Positions 24,501 to 35,565 of a DNA stretch of 64,000 nt are shown piece after piece. The position numbers and the translations under genes are program-made. The stretch is from Sporopachydermia quercuum (Eukaryota), in the NCBI GenBank assembly GCA_001599295.1, contig BCGN01000002.1, positions 2,046,001 through 2,110,000 on the forward strand, in the 5' to 3' direction. The notes under the pieces were generated by a model, which was not told where the DNA came from, searched no databases, and worked only from the letters and a program-made list of their open reading frames with translations. Numbering within the stretch: position 1 is the first letter of the stretch; every line of letters begins with the position of its first letter.

Positions 24501-27254
24501 TTAACTATCAATCTGGTGCGCACTAAAAGTTCTCTTATTCTCCACAGGTGTTTCTTCTCCTTCAGAACCAGCTTTCCCACTAGACAAATCCGAAAACACC
24601 CGACGTTGCAGAGGGTCTACCGTTGATGTTCCCATCCCTGTCGTTATAGATGAAGAGGAACTGTTTAATCCCGAAGTGGAGCTATTCAAACCCGAAGCCG
24701 AAGCGGATCCCGAGAATGAGAAATTTTCATACACACTACGGCGTTTTTTAATATTTAGTTCCGAGATATCCATTTTCTTCATCCGGTCCTCGATCCGAGA
24801 AGCTCCCGTGTTGAAAGATTTTAATTGAAAGCCAAGATTGTCCTTCTTCTTAACGTCATTTGTACTACTTCCATGGAACAACTTTCCGACAATTCCCGAC
24901 GATTGACCGGAAGNTACCGGAACTGAAGCTTGAGATGACGATGGTTGAGATTCATTTGTTTTGCTGCGTTCCGAGAGTTTATTTTCCAGCTCTTTCACTT
25001 TCTTATTCAGTACATACATTTCTTCTTCCATTACTTTCCGTCCGAATTTCATTTCCGTTATTTGCAGTTTAAGTTCTTCGCATTTCACGCAAAAAGCTGC
25101 TTTTTTGGGAACCGCTTCAGCGTGAATTTCTGCGCTTATTCCAAGTTTCGTAAGTATTTCATCATCGTCGTTACTTGAAAAGTAAATTCTTTCCTCATCG
25201 AGCCTCGTTTGAACCTTATCTATCGTTTGCTTAATACCATCATCCCGATCCCCATTTTCGGAACCTAGTTTCTCTAACAAAGTCTCCACCAAACCCCAAT
25301 CCGTCTTCCGTTTCCGAACATTCTCCACTAACTTATGCAAAACCTCCCGTCTTTCTTCCTCTTCCTGTTTTATCCGTTGCTCCAACTGCGCCACTTGATA
25401 CTGCACCACATCCATTAAATCGCTCGATAAGCTTTCGGAACCGGAATAAATGCTGAGCCTCTTTGGGTCTAAATCTGCGGCTATTTCTTCTTCTGCTTGT
25501 TTGACGACATCTCCTGCTTCGGTATGGCTGGTGATAGCTACTGGTGGCACACTGCTGCTAGTGTTACTTACTGTTGTAGTACCATTAACTCTTTCGGGAG
25601 TAGTTAAACAAAGATCGGAATTTGGATCGGCAGCATTAAGTTTAGCAGCCGTCACTACAGATTTTTCTGATTCGGTGCTATTCGGCATCACTGATTTCTC
25701 GACCACATTTGGTTCCCGGCGTCCTAAAAGCCCCACACTCTTAGATCTTCTATTTTGAGCTTTTGTCCCGGATTTATCGGAAGATGAGCCTGAAAACGCT
25801 TTGGGCCAAGTAAAGTTATGTGTTCCCNTTTCGGAAAAACTTTTTTCCAGTGGGTCTTCACCTTTTGAGACAATTGTAGTGTATTTTCTTCTCAATTCGG
25901 CTAGCTTACTATTACTAACGGAATTAATCGGGATATCCGGATGCATGTATATATCTGAGACTGCTTTTGTTCCATTTATCGGCTCAACTTCCCCATTTGG
26001 ATTCAGTTCCGATATAAATTTTGCCGCCCAAATCTCCCAGCTATTAAGAAACAAAACCGCTTCATCTAATTCCGAGAACTCTCGAAGCCGAGCCTCATTA
26101 GCCTTAAGCAACGTTAATCCAAGTCGCAATATCACCTGATCAAGCCCTTCCAGAAAAATCAAGTCAAAAATCTTTTCGATAGCTCCGAAACCGACTTTTT
26201 TAGTGCATAATGTGGCTGAGAAAAATGTGGCTGCCCAGTTCTTGAAGTAAAAGGTGGCTTTGACTCCTAAATCTACATGTAATACTTGGTAAAGATCCGG
26301 TAACAACATTCTGAATAATTCGTTGAACATGTAAATCCGAGCTCGGAAGCCTTCTCCTGATTTTTCCGAACTTGTATTTGTACTGAGTTTGTTGTTATTA
26401 GTGTTACCAGTAAATAGAGTCTCCAATTCAAAAGCTAGCCGAGTTTTCCCTTTCCCGGGTTTGTCCGCACTATAGCTAGCATTTTGCTCTAAAAACTTAA
26501 CTAGCACACAAAAGGCATCCAGAGAACTTAGATACCTGAGAATCACNGAAGTGAAATGGGCTAAGGTACGAGAATATCCGATCCGAGGGTCAAATATGCT
26601 GAATGCTTTTAATACGTCTTTCAAGTTATGCAATAGTTCTTCCGAAGATTTCCGTATGTTTTCGGGAGCGGGAGGGAGACCATTAATAATCTTCGCAATT
26701 CTTTCCGAATCTCGATCTATTTGACTTTCCACTGGTGANAAATCTTGTAGTAATGCTTGGTATAAACCTGCGAGGTCTTCATTTTGTTGGGCGCCACACA
26801 TTGAGCGCCACACAGAATTTCTTAGCACCCAGGGAATTTGTATGTGGCGCAGCCGATATAGTGATAAGTTCGGAACCTTCGATGTGATTGCGTAGTAATC
26901 GGATAAGAGAAACGCCCAGAAAAGTATATCAGCTTCTTCTAACAGAATTTCAGGGTTATTTTCCTTTGATTCGGCAATTTGAACCAGTGAACCGTTTTCC
27001 AATTTCACGACTACAGAAAACACGGGGACAAACATGCAGACCAAATCACTACATGACATCTTCGGAGCTGTTCCTGTTCGAAACGCCTCTCCTAATTCCT
27101 GTCGTTCTAAGTATTTGTCTAGACCAGATCGAAAGTAATCGCTTGGTCCAATTTCATTGGCTCGGATCTTATCCGAGCCCTCTTGCAGAAACAGTAAATC
27201 CCATGATCCCTCTATCCGAAGTTCAGCCAGCTTTATCGTCCGTCGGTGGCTCAT
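24501..27254 (-). CDS. TBC (Rab-GAP) domain protein of the Gyp5/Gyl1/EVI5-like group with C-terminal coiled coils
   Basis: FWAFLLSDY, IPWVLRNSVW, IDRDSER, LKAFSIFDPRIGY, KIFDLIFLEG and LRLGLTLLK are TBC motifs; heptad-rich segments follow. Confidence 0.85.
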   Translation of the reverse strand: MSHRRTIKLAELRIEGSWDLLFLQEGSDKIRANEIGPSDYFRSGLDKYLERQELGEAFRTGTAPKMSCSDLVCMFVPVFSVVVKLENGSLVQIAESKENNPEILLEEADILFWAFLLSDYYAITSKVPNLSLYRLRHIQIPWVLRNSVWRSMCGAQQNEDLAGLYQALLQDXSPVESQIDRDSERIAKIINGLPPAPENIRKSSEELLHNLKDVLKAFSIFDPRIGYSRTLAHFTXVILRYLSSLDAFCVLVKFLEQNASYSADKPGKGKTRLAFELETLFTGNTNNNKLSTNTSSEKSGEGFRARIYMFNELFRMLLPDLYQVLHVDLGVKATFYFKNWAATFFSATLCTKKVGFGAIEKIFDLIFLEGLDQVILRLGLTLLKANEARLREFSELDEAVLFLNSWEIWAAKFISELNPNGEVEPINGTKAVSDIYMHPDIPINSVSNSKLAELRRKYTTIVSKGEDPLEKSFSEXGTHNFTWPKAFSGSSSDKSGTKAQNRRSKSVGLLGRREPNVVEKSVMPNSTESEKSVVTAAKLNAADPNSDLCLTTPERVNGTTTVSNTSSSVPPVAITSHTEAGDVVKQAEEEIAADLDPKRLSIYSGSESLSSDLMDVVQYQVAQLEQRIKQEEEERREVLHKLVENVRKRKTDWGLVETLLEKLGSENGDRDDGIKQTIDKVQTRLDEERIYFSSNDDDEILTKLGISAEIHAEAVPKKAAFCVKCEELKLQITEMKFGRKVMEEEMYVLNKKVKELENKLSERSKTNESQPSSSQASVPVXSGQSSGIVGKLFHGSSTNDVKKKDNLGFQLKSFNTGASRIEDRMKKMDISELNIKKRRSVYENFSFSGSASASGLNSSTSGLNSSSSSITTGMGTSTVDPLQRRVFSDLSSGKAGSEGEETPVENKRTFSAHQIDS

Positions 27255-28029
27255 ATTTAACCGTCTGATCCGTTCTTCCTGTCAATTGATATGTGACAAT
27301 GATCAACAAATGCCAAGTAATCCTTTCAAACGGACTTCGGTTATTCCCACCTATATTTCTTCCGTATTTCCATCCGAGGCATCAATAATCCAAATACGTA
27401 CCGAGAGTTTCAATTGATGTCCCGGTATCTGTTAGGTAAATACAAATACTCCGACTAGAGCTACTTTGTTTACTAATACCTCCTTCACTTCAGGACAAGT
27501 TTGATCTTGTTTGTGCATGTAAACTCGATGAGTACAAGTTACAAATAATAAGAGATGACGTGATCATTTACGTTTATTCTTTACTTAGTTGGTTGTCCTG
27601 CAGGGGATATGCAAGAAGTTTGTGTGCATTATTTTGTGCTGCAGAGGTATGTAACAGACTAAACTTTAAATATTGGCCGTCTCCTATCTCCACCCTAGAC
27701 TATTCTATTTATAACCACCTAGTGGGTAAACATGGTCTCATATTTACCCTAAAATGTTACCCTAGAGTATCTTCCATATGCCCCTTTTGAATCACAAATA
27801 GCAATTGAGTATCGCAAAGCCCAAGCTGGGCTATTTACTGTCAATGTCTCCTTTTATTTACATGTTATGAGGGAGAAGAGTCGGAAGGTAAACAATGGAT
27901 GATCCGAGAATTCGGGAGTGAAGGTCGGAACCTTACGGAAGAATTCGGGATACTTTTATAATTTTCACCGAAAATTTTGGGACTCGTTAGACCATTTGAA
28001 AAGTGATTGATTGAAAATAGAACGAAACA

Positions 28030-30188
28030 ATGAGGTATGGCATTCTTAGTATACAGATAGTAATTGAATCAGACTATCCGATAAACTGGGGAAAAGTTGG
28101 AATATTGATACTTTTGTATTCGAGGTTTTCCGAGATAATCGNAGATTATCCGAAATAACTTGGAATGCCCATACTAACTACTTTCTAGTAAAAAATTTGT
28201 TAGAGCTTCAAAATTTCGGCATATTTATGGCCAACCAGCTAAGAAAGAGCTTTGCTATGAAAACGTCCACTTGAGCAAAAATGCTTGGGACTCAAACTTG
28301 ATTCAGGTATGTTAATGTTTACTTCCGAATTATCTTGAAACTGTTCCGAAGTACTTTCTCCGATTCCTCCTGCAAACTTTCATACTAACATCATCAGGCA
28401 AACTCTAAATATCTATCCGTGAACTGGGACTCTTCAGGCGGTGGAGCTTTCGGGGTCATTCCGCTTTCGGAAACGGGGAAGCTTCCGGATATTATTCCGC
28501 TATTCCGAGGTCATACNGCTGCTGTTTTGGATACAGATTGGTCTCCTTTCAACGATGAACTTATTGTCTCTTCTTCTGATGACGGGAAAATCGGAGTTTG
28601 GAAGGTTCCCGAGAATTACACTTTTCATGAAATCGATCCGGACAACATCTCGGATGTCACACCCGAAAAATTCCTCACCGGCCATTCCCGGAAGGTCGGA
28701 CACGTTGTTTTCCATCCCACTGCGGCAAATGTCGTAGCTTCGTCTTCTATGGATTATACAGTTAAACTTTGGGATATTGAAAGAGGTTCCGACATACTAA
28801 CCTTAAAACATCCCGATATGGTCCAATCTATGTGTTTCAATTATTCCGGGTCATTGTTAGCTAGTACCTGTAGAGATAAAACCATCAGAATTTGGGACCC
28901 TCGGGTGCAGAACGCGATTAACACTGGTCCGGGACATTCCGGGTCGAAGTCCAGCCGAGTTGCCTGGTTGGGTAATTCCAATCGGATAGTCACAACGGGT
29001 TTTTCTAAATTATCAGATAGACAATTAGGACTTTGGGATATAAACTCCATTTCCTCGGGTCCAATCAACGATTTCATTACAATTGATTCTTCATCCGGCG
29101 TTTGTATGCCATTTTTTGACCCAGGAACTTCCGTTTTATACTTAGCAGGTAAAGGAGACGGAAATATTCGATATTTTGAGTACACAAATAATGATTTAGT
29201 ACCCCTTTCGGAATATCAATCTGCTGAACCCCAAAGAGGAGTAGCTATTTTACCTAAACGGGCAGTAGATATACATCAAAATGAGTCAGTTCGGTTATTC
29301 AAATCTGTGAACGATAACTTTATTGAACCTGTTTCGTTTATTGTTCCGCGACGTTCTGAAACCTTCCAAGACGATATTTATCCCGATGCTCCAGCGGGAA
29401 TTCCCGTTTTAACTGCCGACGAATGGTTTGGAGGAAAAGATACCGATGGTCCAAAGTTAGTATCATTAAAGGCCTTGTACGAAGGTTCGGAGGTATTTTT
29501 AGACTCCGTGGCTCAATCTAAAAAAGAAGAATTGCCTAAAAAGGAAGAAAAAGACGAGAAAAAGGTAAATGAGCCACCTAAAGAGGTGGCTGCTGAAGAA
29601 CATAAATCCAGTTATGTTAAACCCAAAGAAAGATTAGACGATATTTTTGCTAAAAAGGAAGTTGATTCCTTAATTAAAAAAGCAGTCAATAATGAAGAAA
29701 TTGAAGGTTTAAGTAAAACAACAGCGGAAGAGAAATCGTCCTGGGATGATGAGCCCAATGGGGAAGAAACCGTGACTAAGAAGGAAGTAGAACCTGAAGC
29801 TGAAACTGAAAAGGAAGCCCAGAAGGAAGCTAAAAAAGAAATCAAGCCAGAGGTAAAGCCTGAGCTGGAAATTAAGCCGGAAACAAAGGCTGAAGTTGAA
29901 CCAATTAAGGAATGTGTGTCTGAAACTGTGGCTGAACCAGTGACTNAGACAGAATCTAAATCAGAACTGAAATCGGAACCAAATTCCGAGCATTCTGCCA
30001 CTACTCAACCTAAATCTGGTGGGGCCCACACTTTAAAAGCCACAGTTGAAAAGCTCTCAGATCTAGTTACCTCGTTGGAATCGATTGTGGCTCTGCTAGC
30101 CACCGAAAACGCCAAAAAGGACGAACGCTTAGCGGCATTAGAAACGCAAATAGCCTCTTTAGTTAAAACTATAAACGCTAAGCCTTGA
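28030..30188 (+). CDS. CRN1: Coronin, 3 exons (28030-28034, 28189-28306, 28398-30188), 637 aa
   Basis: Spliced N-terminus MSKKFVRASKFRHIYGQPAKKELCYENVHLSKNAWDSNLIQANSKYLSVNW is the canonical coronin start. WD40 repeats, GKGDGNIRYFE, VPRRSETFQDDIYP and a C-terminal coiled coil follow. Confidence 0.96.
28035..28188 (+). other. Spliceosomal intron 1 of CRN1 (154 nt)
   Basis: GTATGG donor, TACTAAC branch point, TTCTAG acceptor; splicing restores the conserved frame. Confidence 0.9.
28307..28397 (+). other. Spliceosomal intron 2 of CRN1 (91 nt)
   Basis: GTATGT donor, TACTAAC branch point, CATCAG acceptor; phase 0 and in frame. Confidence 0.92.
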
Positions 30189-30447
30189 ACATTACCGAAT
30201 TGAGGAAATGTGTATTGCCACATTTTTTTAATAGGAAAATACCGTTTCCTGACTAGGCCAACGGCCCAGAACTCTATGCTCGATTACTACTACCTTTGGC
30301 GAATATATATCTTGCATGTATGTGTTACTATTGAACTGTACTGACACTACAACACTAATAGGTTGTANTTTTATGTACTAATTTCTTTATTATATTCTTT
30401 TTCGGTACTATTCACTCCCAATGTGATAATTTTCTTTTTCCTTCCCG

Positions 30448-32673
30448 TTAAATCCCACCTGATGATAAAAGCACCAATTTCTTCTTCCGTCCTTTCCGCG
30501 ATTTCCCGGAATTTGCTTCCGATTCTCGTATAACCCGCATAATCTCCTCCGAATTTAACAACTCTTCCTCGTCCCCCCTTGTTCCAGCCGGGCTTTCTTC
30601 CCTTTTCGGAATGCTTGTTCCCCAAACTGTCTTGACTGTTGTTACAGGAGGGTTGAGGTTTGCGTCCGAATTTCTCTTGTCNGTCTCATTTCTATCTCTA
30701 TCCATCTCACCTNTTTCCTCCTTCGTTCCATCAGCTCCGTGGCTGTTACCTTTTTTACTATTTTTGGTACTCTTATTACGCGCCTGACCTATTTCAGGAT
30801 CATCCCAAACATTCAATGGCGGCGGAGGAGCCTGATATTCCAAAAAAGACCCATTTTCCTTCTGATAGAACTCAAACGCTCGATTATCCGCTTCCTCTTC
30901 TGCTTTCTTCCGCAGTTCTTCCTCCCGCTTAAGCCGAGAAATCATCCGCTTCCGTCGCGTTTCTAACATATTCTGTAAACTATAATAAACTTCCCGAGGA
31001 ATTATTTCCTCGGAATCTTTTTTCGGTCTCCAGTCGCAATCCAAAAATGCTAATTCCGCACCGGTGGGCAAATAGCTTAAATACTTCGATGTTCTCATAA
31101 GCTCACTAGTAATCACTGAGCCGTAGTGAATATTTTCTAGCCGAACGACGATAACAGGCGGGAAAAGGTCAAATGAACCGTATGCGGACTTAAGAACTCG
31201 GATATCCATCGGGGATAGGAAAAACCGATTAGTTGAGTTGAAGTTAGTTTGGTAAAAATAAAATGTTGTGCTTGGTTTGAAGTCAACGTTAGAGTGTTGA
31301 GTTAAGGTTACTGTGAGAGACTCAAATTTATTTCCCAAATCAGAGAATTTAGCGAGAGATTCTAAGATTTCCGCAGTTCCTGAATCATCGATTTCCGCTA
31401 TTTGTATTATTTTCGTTATTGCCTTTATACATTCATCTGCATCTTTTCCCTCATCATGAAACATCAGTTTATCCTCTTCCATTGTTTTTTGTAATATTTC
31501 AACCTCCTGTTTATATTCTGATAGCATAAACTCCTTTGTTGTTATCATTAACCTTGAATAGGGTAATACATTTGTCTCGTGGTAATATGGTATTCCATTA
31601 TGAAAGGGAATTTCCGGAGTTGAGACAGGGAAGGCAAACAAACTGTCGGATTTGCGGGCCATGAGCTTCATGACAACATCATGTCCTGGTTTCGGGTCGT
31701 CGAAACGTTTGTCATACTGAGAAAATGTCACAGGCATTGCGTCTTGAAGTCTCACATAGTTGGCACACAGAGGACAACTTTTATACTTTATTTTCACCGG
31801 AGATTTTGCTAAGTATGTTCCGGAAACCCCTGATCCATTCGAAATGCTCGGAAAAGATTTATGCTCATTTTGTACCTGATCGCTTGAATGATCTGAAGCC
31901 ATGAACCGGTTTAAACAACTGAAACAGAAGATGTGTCCACATTTCAACATCCGAGGTGCCACAGGAGTATCAGAAAGACAAATAGGACATGAAGCTGTGT
32001 TTTGCGGTACGACAACACGTACAACATCTTCTGGTTGTACCGTGGCGTCAGGGTTATGCCTTAGTTCCCAATAATCCCGGTTCGGCTTTAAGATGAACTT
32101 GAAGTTAGCATTGATAAATGCCATTCCGGAAAGACTCGGACCGGAATTCTGATATGCTCCGGAACTTTTCCGTCTTCTTCCAATATTTTTGTGACTATTA
32201 TACCCGTCCCCGTTACTATTTCTCCGAGATTTATTCGCTCCTCCCGTTTCTGATCCAGAATTCACTGAGCTTGCTGACCCTGTAACATCAACCAAGTGGT
32301 TTAGTGATATTTGTCCCTTCCGATTTCTTCCAGGACNGGAAGTTACTAGAGTATCTATGAAATCATCATCATAGTCTAGTTGGTGATAAACCGAGTCATC
32401 TACCAAAACATCGCTCCCACCATTGGTCCGACTAGTTGTTGCTCTGGCTATATTCGTTCGGTTTTGCCCTTTCAAGTAATTGTTTGTCTTCACTCGTAAT
32501 CCTTTTCTGTTTTTGCCGTTCCTCAAATTTCCTGATTGGGTATTTATGTTAATATTTGTATTCGCATTTACTGCTTTATTCAAACTAGTTGAGCTTGAGT
32601 TACTACTTCCCACAGGCTTGATGAACCCGTCTTTTCCAGTTTCCAGTTTCAAGTTCCGAGTATTAACAGACAT
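30448..32673 (-). CDS. MAG2: RING-finger E3 ligase Mag2/RNF10 homolog
   Basis: RNRKGQISLNHL, FINANFKFIL, RING CPICLS...CGHIFCFSCL...CPLC, FFLSPMDIRVLKSAYGSF, KYLSYLP, TVWGT and terminal KKKLVLLS. Adjacent to CRN1, as in S. cerevisiae. Confidence 0.9.
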   Translation of the reverse strand: MSVNTRNLKLETGKDGFIKPVGSSNSSSTSLNKAVNANTNININTQSGNLRNGKNRKGLRVKTNNYLKGQNRTNIARATTSRTNGGSDVLVDDSVYHQLDYDDDFIDTLVTSXPGRNRKGQISLNHLVDVTGSASSVNSGSETGGANKSRRNSNGDGYNSHKNIGRRRKSSGAYQNSGPSLSGMAFINANFKFILKPNRDYWELRHNPDATVQPEDVVRVVVPQNTASCPICLSDTPVAPRMLKCGHIFCFSCLNRFMASDHSSDQVQNEHKSFPSISNGSGVSGTYLAKSPVKIKYKSCPLCANYVRLQDAMPVTFSQYDKRFDDPKPGHDVVMKLMARKSDSLFAFPVSTPEIPFHNGIPYYHETNVLPYSRLMITTKEFMLSEYKQEVEILQKTMEEDKLMFHDEGKDADECIKAITKIIQIAEIDDSGTAEILESLAKFSDLGNKFESLTVTLTQHSNVDFKPSTTFYFYQTNFNSTNRFFLSPMDIRVLKSAYGSFDLFPPVIVVRLENIHYGSVITSELMRTSKYLSYLPTGAELAFLDCDWRPKKDSEEIIPREVYYSLQNMLETRRKRMISRLKREEELRKKAEEEADNRAFEFYQKENGSFLEYQAPPPPLNVWDDPEIGQARNKSTKNSKKGNSHGADGTKEEXGEMDRDRNEXDKRNSDANLNPPVTTVKTVWGTSIPKREESPAGTRGDEEELLNSEEIMRVIRESEANSGKSRKGRKKKLVLLSSGGI

Positions 32674-33287
32674 CGTTTCAAATTGTAGACAAAAAATACC
32701 CTTTTAGGTTCCGTTGTCCAAAATATCTCTAAAATAGGGTTTCCGTCTTTTTCCGTTGCGAGCTCCGCTTCTTGTATACTTCTCTCTTAATCATGTAGCT
32801 ATTGCCTTTTGCTTTTGCTCCTTGTTTCTTAGTATTCTACGCTTATTTCAAACTAATTTCGGAATTTCAATGCTTGTCTCGTTGGAGAATTGGATCCCAA
32901 TTCACCAGNACCCTCGGATGTTCCGGAAAATCATATAAATACACGAAACAGCATAAAACTTCCCCCAGCTTTTGTTATCAGTTACTGTTTAATCTCTCAA
33001 TGTGTAGCAAAGGGTGAATGAGGCAGGAAAGATGCCTTTGGGGGTATTCTGGTGATTGTTATTGTTGTTGTGGAATGGAAATGGAGCAAGACGCGATGTT
33101 GGATCATGTGACTCACGTGGATGGGATAGTTTGGAGAAGATGGGTTTTGGGACAAATATTGGTTGAGGTAGTTAAATGATGCAAATGTTTGAATTTAAAT
33201 TTGAGGTGGTTTTTCCAATAGTATGTTATTGATCAGATTATAAATACTTACTGCTATATTACTACCCACGTATATGGCCTAAATATA

Positions 33288-33359
33288 AGCATTAAATCAG
33301 TAGCATTAAATCAGTAGCATTAAATCAGTAGCATTAAATCAGTAGCATTAAATCAGTAG
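33288..33359. repeat. Minisatellite, 14-bp unit AGCATTAAATCAGT x5
   Basis: Five perfect tandem copies plus AG. Confidence 0.95.
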
Positions 33360-33708
33360 TCTTCGATACTTCTTCTTGTCCGAATAATATAAGTTTGAAC
33401 CAGCAGTTGTCCCTTAGAATCTAATCTCCGGTTTACTTAATTTCGGAAATAATCTCAATCCATAGGAAACTCAATGNGTACATACAATACGATCCAGAAA
33501 AGCCACAGTAACAATATCAGCAATTGCTCATTGAAGGCTACTTNACCACTGAATCAGCACCATCAACTACAATCAACGGTATTCAACAACCTGTTATCAG
33601 CGGAAACATACCAGAAGGATCTATTTTGAATCTCTACAACATTGAAGCAAATTAGCCGGCTTCTGCGCTTCCATAAGATAGCGGGATTGTGTAGTGTTCA
33701 ATTGCAAA

Positions 33709-34629
33709 ATGAGTGAAAAGGTCAAAAGCTACAATTTGAAGTAAGTAATGATGAATTATAGTGAGTGTATTAAAGAAGTACGAGCATATATTCATNTACA
33801 CACTTTCCAATAGTGAATTTTGTTCTTTTCTTCTAATTTTATGCTAGTCCTCATCCTAACAACGGTTTCCCAGTTCCATTGTTGCTCTTAGAGGAGCTTG
33901 TGATGAATCATTGGCAACGGTATGTATATCACCATATAATTTGGAATATGCTGTGATTTGATGGAACTGTTATTATAATGAATCGAAGTCTGAAAAGATG
34001 ATTCACAAAAGTGGGTTATTAATGTGAGAAGATTATCATGATTGCAGTTTGTCCTCGTCTTACTGCAATTGTAGTGCATAAACTACAAAAGCACATCAAG
34101 GAATCTATTTGGAACAAACAGATCATCATTAAAGTTGTCAAAGCAGCCTCATTTCCTTTCTTGTTTATTCTCCTGCTAACAGATCAACATTCAGATATTT
34201 GAAAGCTTAGGATATAAACAATCCTTCATTATTTCAAACATAAAACTCTTTATTGGTTATATCATGATCGCTTCTTCTGGCTTATGCTTCTGGAATGACT
34301 ATCAACTAGGATTTGAAAAAGCAAAATCAGTAACAACAATATGTGTGATCACTTTCTTCTTTTTATACGTAATCTTCATGTATATAGTAATGGGTCTTGA
34401 AGGCAAAACGCGGTATGCTGGTACATTAGATAAAGAATCGGTAAAATTGACAACGGAGACATCAAAATATGATACCTTGTATACAATTACTATTATAAAG
34501 AATGGAAACAAAGCAGCTCTCATTGTGAATGAGCTTGAATTAACTCAGTATTTCAATTCCTTGGGTCATTTTAACTATCCTAAGTTCAANCAAGCAATTG
34601 TTAGTATCGTTAAGCCTAAATGCTCTTGA
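33709..34629 (+). CDS. SPC2: Signal peptidase complex subunit 2, 3 exons (33709-33740, 33874-33919, 34195-34629), 170 aa
   Basis: Spliced product MSEKVKSYNLNSIVALRGACDESLATIFESLGYKQSFIISNIKLFIGY... has two TM helices and TSKYDTLY...TQYFNSLGHF, matching SPC25-family architecture. Confidence 0.85.
33741..33873 (+). other. Spliceosomal intron 1 of SPC2 (133 nt)
   Basis: GTAAGT donor, TCCTAAC branch point, CCCAG acceptor. Confidence 0.82.
33920..34194 (+). other. Spliceosomal intron 2 of SPC2 (275 nt)
   Basis: GTATGT donor, TGCTAAC branch point, TTCAG acceptor; an alternative in-frame AG lies at 34182. Confidence 0.82.
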
Positions 34630-35514
34630 TGGTTGTTTATTATGATAATAAATGTAATGGGAGGAAGAGAATGATGGCTGAATTTGTTAGCAATAATTGA
34701 ATAGGTTCATTGAGATGATTTAACGAAATGTACTGTTTAAGGAAGGTAACTGAGCACATCTACACGTGTCACACATTGAAAGCATTGCGACTTGAGAAGA
34801 ACTGAAAAGAGGGTATTGGCGCTAAATTGAAATGAGAAATGAGAGCTTCCACATGAATTTCAGTACGTAATCTTGATTACACTGGGAAGATCGAAGATGA
34901 AGATTTGTATAAAATGTTCAAGGCAGTATCAGAATCAACGTCAAAATCAACTTTAAAATCAACTTTAAAATCAAAAACTTATTCTGGCATGATATATGAA
35001 TATACCGTATATTTCATTCCTGTATCCTGTATTTTGCTCCTGATATTTTAGTAGTATTTACATACTCATTCAGGTCTTTAGTCTGTCGGCTTTTCGCTGG
35101 TCCAAAAGGCCTACCTTTTACTCCCAATACAACAACATGAGATTGCTAGAAAATCAACAGACTCTGCAATAAAATATACTTGAAGGCCTAAGCCCATGAG
35201 GTAGGAGCTAAGAATCCAAATATATCTACAGCTCCTGGACAGAAAGAGCTCAAGAATCCAAATCAAAAACATACGGTCCATCCCAATTCATTCGTGAACC
35301 AAGCCAGAGTAGAATGAGCGGAAATGCAAACTGCTACGATCCCTTCAAAGCCAGAAGGCCCAAATCGCAAGGTGAAATAAAATAAATAGTAAAACAGGAA
35401 TCAAGCATTTACATAATTACTTGCTGTGTTATCTGGGAAAAGGCGGCATTCCTCACCTTCTGTCGGTAACATGAAACGTACTATGAAGCATGTTAAAAGC
35501 TGGTTAAATGTTGG

Positions 35515-35565
35515 TTCTAAGTGGTATTCTAAGTGGTATTCTAAGTGGTATTCTAAGTGGTATTC
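35515..35565. repeat. Minisatellite, 12-bp unit TTCTAAGTGGTA x4.25
   Basis: Four perfect tandem copies plus TTC. Confidence 0.95.

Noticed and set aside
33741..33873. C-box ATGATGA in SPC2 intron 1 as an intronic C/D snoRNA
   Set aside because: No downstream CTGA D-box or terminal stem within the intron.
33288..35565. Tandem repeats as a CRISPR-like array
   Set aside because: No spacers, units too short, eukaryotic context.
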